64,000 nt of DNA from Hydrurus foetidus. Taxonomy: Eukaryota. How positions within the stretch are numbered: the stretch's first letter is position 1; each line of letters starts with the position of its first letter. Under the pieces are notes generated by a model that ran no database searches, was not told where the DNA came from, and saw only the letters and a list, made by a program, of their open reading frames with translations. The DNA is taken from assembly GCA_900617105.1 (NCBI GenBank), contig UYFQ01000001.1, positions 682,001 to 746,000 on the forward strand. Reading direction: 5' to 3'. Below are positions 58,784 to 64,000 of the stretch, one piece after another. A program made the position numbers and the translations under genes.

Positions 58784-60988
58784 ATGACTGAAGCCACTGC
58801 TACGCCGGACGCTGCCCGCGAAGGTCTGCACACGCTGCACCACGCCCGCAGCTTTGCTGCGCCCTTGTTGGCTGGCGAGCTGCTGGACACGGGTGAAAAC
58901 GCGCTGTCGCACGCCGATGCTGTCGCGTCCATCGTGGCGACCATTGGCGGTGCGCCTACTTTGCAGGCGGCTGCCTATTTGGTGTACGCCTGCCAGCACC
59001 TGAACCGTCCGCGCGATGTGATCGCCAAGGCGTTTGGTGACAATTTAGCCGATTTGGCCCTGGCCACCACGCAACTGGTGCGGGTGCAAAGTCAAGCGCG
59101 TGAGGCTGGCTTGTCTACCGCCTTGTCCACTGTCAAAGGCCATGAAACCTCTGCCGCACAGACCGAGAACGTGCGCAAGATGCTGCTGGCGTTTTCCAAG
59201 GATTTGCGCGTCATCTTGCTGCGTTTGGCTTCGCGTTTGCAAACGCTGCGTCATTTTGCGGCGACCAAGCTGCCGGTTCCCCCCGTTTTGGCGAAAGAGT
59301 CGCTCGATGTGTTTGCGGCGCTGGCCAATCGCCTGGGCATTTGGCAGATCAAATGGGAAATGGAAGACCTGTCGTTTCGCTTTCTGGAGCCGCAAACCTA
59401 CCGTGAGGTGGCGCGCAAGCTCGATGCCAAGCGCGGCGAACGTGAGACGGCGGTGGAAAGCCTGCGCACCGAGTTAGAAGCAGCCTTGGCCGCGTTGGGC
59501 ATTCGTGCCACGGTGCAGGGGCGGCCCAAGCATATTTACAGCATTGTCAAAAAGATGCGGCAAAAGTCGCTGGCCTTTGAGCGGGTGTTCGATGTGCAGG
59601 CGCTGCGTGTGGTTGTGCCTGAGCCCGCCGATTGCTACGGTGTGTTGGCCCATGTGCATACCGCGTTCGCGCCTGTTCCGCAGGAGTTTGACGACTACAT
59701 CGCCCGGCCTAAATCGAATGGCTACCAGTCGTTGCACACCGTGGTGCGTGACGCGCAAGGCCTGGCGGTGGAAATCCAAATCCGCACCCAGGCCATGCAC
59801 GACCACGCTGAGCATGGTGTAGCGGCGCACTGGGCTTACAAAGAGGCGGGCACCAAAGGCTACGCGGGTGTGTCGGCCACAGGCGATTACGACAACAAGA
59901 TTGCCGTGCTGCGTCAATTGCTGGCCTGGGAGCGTGACCTTACCGAAACCAGCCCGGCCAAAGGCCTGTTTGAAGACCGCATCTACGTGCTGACACCCGA
60001 GGCTTCGGTGATCGAGTTGCCACAGGGCGCGACGGCGGTGGACTTTGCCTACACCGTTCACACCAGCCTGGGCCACCGCTGCCGTGGCGCGAGGGTGGAC
60101 GGCGCGATGGTGCCGCTCAATACGCCACTGAAAAACGGCCAGACCGTGGAGATCATGGCCGTGAAAGACAGCGGTGCGCATGTTGGGCCGTCACGCGATT
60201 GGCTGAACCCCGAGTTGGGCTACATGGCCAGCCACCGCGCCAAAGCCAAAGTACGGGCCTGGTTCAACGCCCAAATCGCCCACGAAACCATTGCACGGGG
60301 CCGTGAGGCGGTAGAAAAACTGCTACAACGCGAAGGTAAAACCGCGCTGCGGCTGGAAGATTTGGCGGATCAACTGGGCTTCAAGTCAGCCGATGCGCTG
60401 TTTGAGGTGGTGGGCAAAGACGAGCTTTCACTGCGCAGCATTGAAAACGTGCTGCGCCCCCCTGAGCCAGTGCTGACGCAAGACAACTACCTGCTGCTGA
60501 AAAAGCCCCGTCCACCTGAAAACAATGCCAAAGGCGGCGTGCTGGTCGTCGGCGTGGATTCGCTGTTGACGCAGCTCGCCAAATGCTGCAAACCCGTGCC
60601 GCCTGACAGCATTCAAGGTTTTGTCACGCGCGGTAAGGGTGTCAGCATCCACCGAGCCGATTGCAGCAACTTGCGTGAGCTGATCGCCCGCAACGGCGAG
60701 CGGGTCATCGAAGTAGCGTGGGGGCAACCCAAGCCTGTGCAGGGCGCAGCGGGGACTGTTTACCCGGTGGATGTGGCCGTCGAGGCTGCTGACAGGCAGG
60801 GTCTGCTGCGCGATATTTCGGAAGTGTTCGCCAAAGAAAAGATGAACGTGATCGGCGTGCAAACGCAATCGGTCAGGCATACCGCGTGGATGACGTTCAC
60901 CGTAGAAGTCACAGACTCAGGCCGCTTAGGCCGTGCGCTGAGTTTGGTCGGTGAAGTCGCTGGTGTGCGCGGTGCTCGGCGACGGTGA
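58784..60988 (+). CDS. relA: (p)ppGpp synthetase RelA (degenerate hydrolase domain)
   Basis: GRPKHIYSI, EFDDYIARPKSNGYQSLHT, EIQIRT, TGS and ACT domains; no HDxxED motif. Confidence 0.93.
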   Translation: MTEATATPDAAREGLHTLHHARSFAAPLLAGELLDTGENALSHADAVASIVATIGGAPTLQAAAYLVYACQHLNRPRDVIAKAFGDNLADLALATTQLVRVQSQAREAGLSTALSTVKGHETSAAQTENVRKMLLAFSKDLRVILLRLASRLQTLRHFAATKLPVPPVLAKESLDVFAALANRLGIWQIKWEMEDLSFRFLEPQTYREVARKLDAKRGERETAVESLRTELEAALAALGIRATVQGRPKHIYSIVKKMRQKSLAFERVFDVQALRVVVPEPADCYGVLAHVHTAFAPVPQEFDDYIARPKSNGYQSLHTVVRDAQGLAVEIQIRTQAMHDHAEHGVAAHWAYKEAGTKGYAGVSATGDYDNKIAVLRQLLAWERDLTETSPAKGLFEDRIYVLTPEASVIELPQGATAVDFAYTVHTSLGHRCRGARVDGAMVPLNTPLKNGQTVEIMAVKDSGAHVGPSRDWLNPELGYMASHRAKAKVRAWFNAQIAHETIARGREAVEKLLQREGKTALRLEDLADQLGFKSADALFEVVGKDELSLRSIENVLRPPEPVLTQDNYLLLKKPRPPENNAKGGVLVVGVDSLLTQLAKCCKPVPPDSIQGFVTRGKGVSIHRADCSNLRELIARNGERVIEVAWGQPKPVQGAAGTVYPVDVAVEAADRQGLLRDISEVFAKEKMNVIGVQTQSVRHTAWMTFTVEVTDSGRLGRALSLVGEVAGVRGARRR

Positions 60989-61008
60989 ATTTGCGGCTTA
61001 AAAAGTAA

Positions 61009-61017
61009 TGCTATAAT
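61009..61017 (+). promoter_or_regulatory. Extended -10 promoter of tRNA-Val
   Basis: TGcTATAAT ending 17 nt upstream of the tRNA. Confidence 0.65.
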
Positions 61018-61034
61018 TTGAGGCTTAGATACTT

Positions 61035-61111
61035 AGGCGCGTAGCTCAGCTGGTTAGAGCACCACCTTGACATGGTGGGGGTCGTTGGTTCGAGTCCAAT
61101 CGCGCCTACCA
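61035..61111 (+). tRNA. tRNA-Val(GAC)
   Basis: Acceptor stem AGGCGCG/CGCGCCT, D-arm, anticodon arm CCACC-TTGACAT-GGTGG, T-loop GTTCGAG and encoded CCA. Confidence 0.97.
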
Positions 61112-61271
61112 AGTTTCTCCTTTAAAGAAAACCAGTCTTTAAAGTTATGGAGATTCTTGGCGTACTTGGCAGAATATATTCTGTTCTCAAGTGCAAATTC
61201 AAAAGCCTTTTATTGGCTTTCAATTATTCAAAATTAATATCAATTTTTGTTTTTGCGTTAATTTCAACGCA

Positions 61272-61289
61272 TGCCTGTCACGACAGGCA
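61272..61289. terminator. Hairpin downstream of the CHAT gene
   Basis: Perfect stem TGCCTGTC-ac-GACAGGCA, 17 nt past the stop codon. Confidence 0.45.
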
Positions 61290-61306
61290 ATGTCAGTTAC
61301 CCTGAT

Positions 61307-64000
61307 TTATCGCATTCCATCCCCCACCAGCGCATACGGTGCCCAGTAAGTGGGGTGTGCAGTAGCTTGATGGTTCATCACAGTCAGCATGGCCTGCCTG
61401 AGTGATTCTGCTTTAGCTTCCATGGGTTTGCTTTGGTAGTTTTTAAAGGTCTCGGTGGTGAGTGTCACTGCACTCGCACTGTCCACTGCCCAGTGGGTGA
61501 CAAGTAAGCTTCGGCTGCCTGCATAAAAAAACCCTCTGGCCAGTCCAGATAACGCTTCCTCCGCTTTGCCATCCGCTGCTGCCGTGTTGCACGCTGATAG
61601 CACCACCCAATCCGCATTCAGTTTGAGCGTGAGCACGTCCTCTAGCGTCAACAATGGCTCAAGTACATTGACCGTATCGTCCTTTGTGCCCGCCATCGCC
61701 AGCGCAGGCTGCGTGAGGTTGGGTAGATCGCCAGCCATCAGCCCATGCGTGGCGAATGCCACAACACGTTGCTTTGCTAGATTGCCGTTTTTGTTTTGTT
61801 CCAATACGCTTGCACGTGTTGCTGCACTGCCCATAATCAAATCGCGGTTGGCATCTGCACCCAATGTCTTGGCTATCGCCAGTAACTCATCGCGCGTTTC
61901 TGGCAAACTGGGTATATCGGCGTACTTGATGCTACTTTTGAAATGTTCTTTTTCTAAATCAACTGCCGTTGTGGCGCGAATGAGATCGATTTTTCGCACA
62001 TCACTGCTGGATGACGTTGTGCTGCTTGCTAATGCAAAATTGAACAAAGGATCCCCCCACGCTAGCATGGGTTGCGATGCTGTTTTATGGGGAAGTGCCC
62101 TTATCGAAAGCCATGCTGCGACGCTTGGTACATGCGTGATGGCTGCTTGTTTGATGAGCCACGGCGCATCTTTCAAAGCCATCGTTGTAGGTGTAGCGGC
62201 TGTTTCCAGTACGCCAAATGGAATTTGCCCCAACACACCAGCCGCCGCGATGATGAGACTACTTTTTCCTGCTAAGCCTTGCTGTATGGGCGCTAGCAGC
62301 TGAGCATAAAGCTCTTTAGCCGCCACATGATCGAATGCTGGGCGACGACCGGGCTCGATTCCTGCTACGTCGAGGCTGATGCGCAGGCGTTTGACGAGGC
62401 TGTTCAGTTGGCTGTTGCTGATAGCCGCGCGGTGAAAGTTGCTTGCACTCTCTGCACCACTGCTACCAGCATGGCCGAGCGCCCACACATACACTGCGTC
62501 ATCGGTGGGTTGTAGCACGATCAGTGCTTCATTGGTCTTGAGGCGTGCCTGGATCTCCACAGTAGATGGTGGGCGTGGGCGAACCAATTTTTCGTAATCA
62601 GGGAACTTGGCTTTGATTTGTGTTTGCAGCTCTTGTCGTGTTTGCTCAAGCAAGTTGATACGTTCACGAATTTGTGCTGCAACGCTAGCAAGGGGTGAAG
62701 CTGCCTCGCCTGTTTCGCCTCCCAGAAAATTGCGCAGACCTTTGATCTCGTTGCGTGCATCTTGGTCAAGGCGCACCAAATCTGCCAAAGCTTCGTTGCT
62801 AGCCGCAGCGCGCACCGCTGCGTCACCCAATGCCTCTTGCACTGTGCCTGCACGCAGCCAGTCAGCAATGCCAAGCGCCGCCACAGTGTCTGCTGCGCTA
62901 ACCTGCGACGCCGCCTCCAAGTAAGTTGAGAAAATCAACTCACGCACTTCTTTGCGGATACCGATATTCTCTAAGTAGTCCACGTTTTCGGGCGCCATGT
63001 AATTACGGACAGACGCTTGCAAAATCGGGTAAGCCTGCGCTTTTGATTCAGGCGTTCCAATGCGCCACAGCGCCACGCCTTGCTGGCCTGATGCTTGCGC
63101 GGTAAAGAAGTGCTGAACCCCTGATGGATAGGGCCCGTAGAACTTGGCTTTGCTGCTTGAAACTGATACCAGCAGTGGCAAAGCCTGTTGTGGCATATTG
63201 TTGAAAAGATAGGTGAGTGCGCGGTCGGGTGTGAACTCGAAACGGCGCTTGATCGCTGTGTTCTCTAAGGCTAGCTTGTCAAAGTATGCGTACATTGCAA
63301 GCGATTCTGTATATTTTTTTTGACTGAAAAGCGAAATTGCAAGGCGATTTTGTGTGTTTAACAGCCTTGTGTCTGTGGCTGTGTGTCCTGACCTTTGTAA
63401 ACCCGCAATGCTTTGGCGCGTGAGTTTTTCATGCGCTATAAACTCCCGTTGATTAAATCTCAGCGAAGCGGCGTGTCCGAATGCCAATGCTTGCTGGCTT
63501 GCAGGTCGTTCAATGTCTTGAAATAATCGCAAGTATTCTTGCAGCGCGATTTCAGCATCCCCCAATTTTGCTGCACCCATGAGTACATAGATTTTCCTGT
63601 TTAATCGTGCAGCAAGATCATCGTAGGTAAAAATTTGATCGATTTCTACTGTGGCATTGGTAGAGATCTGAACAGCTTCACGTGCGTAACGAACAGATGA
63701 GTTGATGGCTTCAATAGCGGCCTGATACTGCCCCTTTCTTGCATAGAGATCTGATTTTGTTTGCTGCAATCCTGATTTCGTTCGTGCTATCTCTAGAAGC
63801 TCAGAATATCTTTTAGGCTTTAAATATTTGAAAAAAGACTCTGATTTTTCAATCGTTTTCCAAGCTTCGGCATCTCTATTTTGTTGATACATGTCGTGTG
63901 CAATGTTTCTTAAATAGAATGCTCGTTTGTAATCATTAGTTGCCACATTAAAAGCATCTAGTCGCCATTTATTGCCCTCTGCAATTTCGCCTCTAAGGAG
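61307..64000 (-). CDS. TPR-like/CHAT (caspase-like) protease, 5' end outside the window
   Basis: Catalytic AFATHGL and VVLSACNT, SLLVTHWAVD and HPTYWAPY. The frame stays open from 63946 to the window edge. Confidence 0.9.
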   Translation of the reverse strand, partial: LLRGEIAEGNKWRLDAFNVATNDYKRAFYLRNIAHDMYQQNRDAEAWKTIEKSESFFKYLKPKRYSELLEIARTKSGLQQTKSDLYARKGQYQAAIEAINSSVRYAREAVQISTNATVEIDQIFTYDDLAARLNRKIYVLMGAAKLGDAEIALQEYLRLFQDIERPASQQALAFGHAASLRFNQREFIAHEKLTRQSIAGLQRSGHTATDTRLLNTQNRLAISLFSQKKYTESLAMYAYFDKLALENTAIKRRFEFTPDRALTYLFNNMPQQALPLLVSVSSSKAKFYGPYPSGVQHFFTAQASGQQGVALWRIGTPESKAQAYPILQASVRNYMAPENVDYLENIGIRKEVRELIFSTYLEAASQVSAADTVAALGIADWLRAGTVQEALGDAAVRAAASNEALADLVRLDQDARNEIKGLRNFLGGETGEAASPLASVAAQIRERINLLEQTRQELQTQIKAKFPDYEKLVRPRPPSTVEIQARLKTNEALIVLQPTDDAVYVWALGHAGSSGAESASNFHRAAISNSQLNSLVKRLRISLDVAGIEPGRRPAFDHVAAKELYAQLLAPIQQGLAGKSSLIIAAAGVLGQIPFGVLETAATPTTMALKDAPWLIKQAAITHVPSVAAWLSIRALPHKTASQPMLAWGDPLFNFALASSTTSSSSDVRKIDLIRATTAVDLEKEHFKSSIKYADIPSLPETRDELLAIAKTLGADANRDLIMGSAATRASVLEQNKNGNLAKQRVVAFATHGLMAGDLPNLTQPALAMAGTKDDTVNVLEPLLTLEDVLTLKLNADWVVLSACNTAAADGKAEEALSGLARGFFYAGSRSLLVTHWAVDSASAVTLTTETFKNYQSKPMEAKAESLRQAMLTVMNHQATAHPTYWAPYALVGDGMR

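Noticed and set aside
58784..59200. Missing hydrolase motif in the RelA/SpoT homolog as an anomaly
   Set aside because: This is normal for synthetase-only RelA in beta- and gammaproteobacteria.
61035..64000. Prophage or integrative element at tRNA-Val
   Set aside because: No integrase, att duplication or phage gene is visible in the window; kept only as a possibility under the CHAT finding.

Overview
This is bacterial chromosomal DNA. Gene content and order (nadE-glnB-serB...mfd...ispDF-envZ/ompR...relA-tRNA-Val) suggest a betaproteobacterium, probably Comamonadaceae (inference). The first 16.6 kb is an accessory signalling cluster: three hybrid histidine kinases, a sensor-only Cache-GAF-PAS protein, an HD-GYP response regulator and an RpiR regulator, with IS91- and IS3-like scars. 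Two of the kinases share an apparently identical 1,570-bp HisKA-HATPase-REC-REC cassette. From 16.8 to 30.8 kb there are two divergent PLD lipoproteins, a TetR/DUF2867/ABC1-kinase operon, a PhnD-like binding protein coupled to a fourth hybrid kinase, and an Acg-like nitroreductase. From 30.9 to 36.4 kb is a variable locus with DUF2130, an AT-rich coupled gene pair (NYN/PIN nuclease plus NACHT-like NTPase with pentapeptide-like repeats, a candidate defence system) and decayed YhcG and ORF6N genes carrying intragenic palindromes. From 36.5 to 61.1 kb are mostly core genes, three tandem VapBC modules and an mfd gene with two frameshifts. A degenerate palindromic repeat, GCTAY-N7-RTAGC, occurs 11 times, mostly inside core genes and always in the same reading frame. 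The window ends with a partial TPR/CHAT protease gene. All calls come from reading the sequence and recognising motifs; no searches were run.
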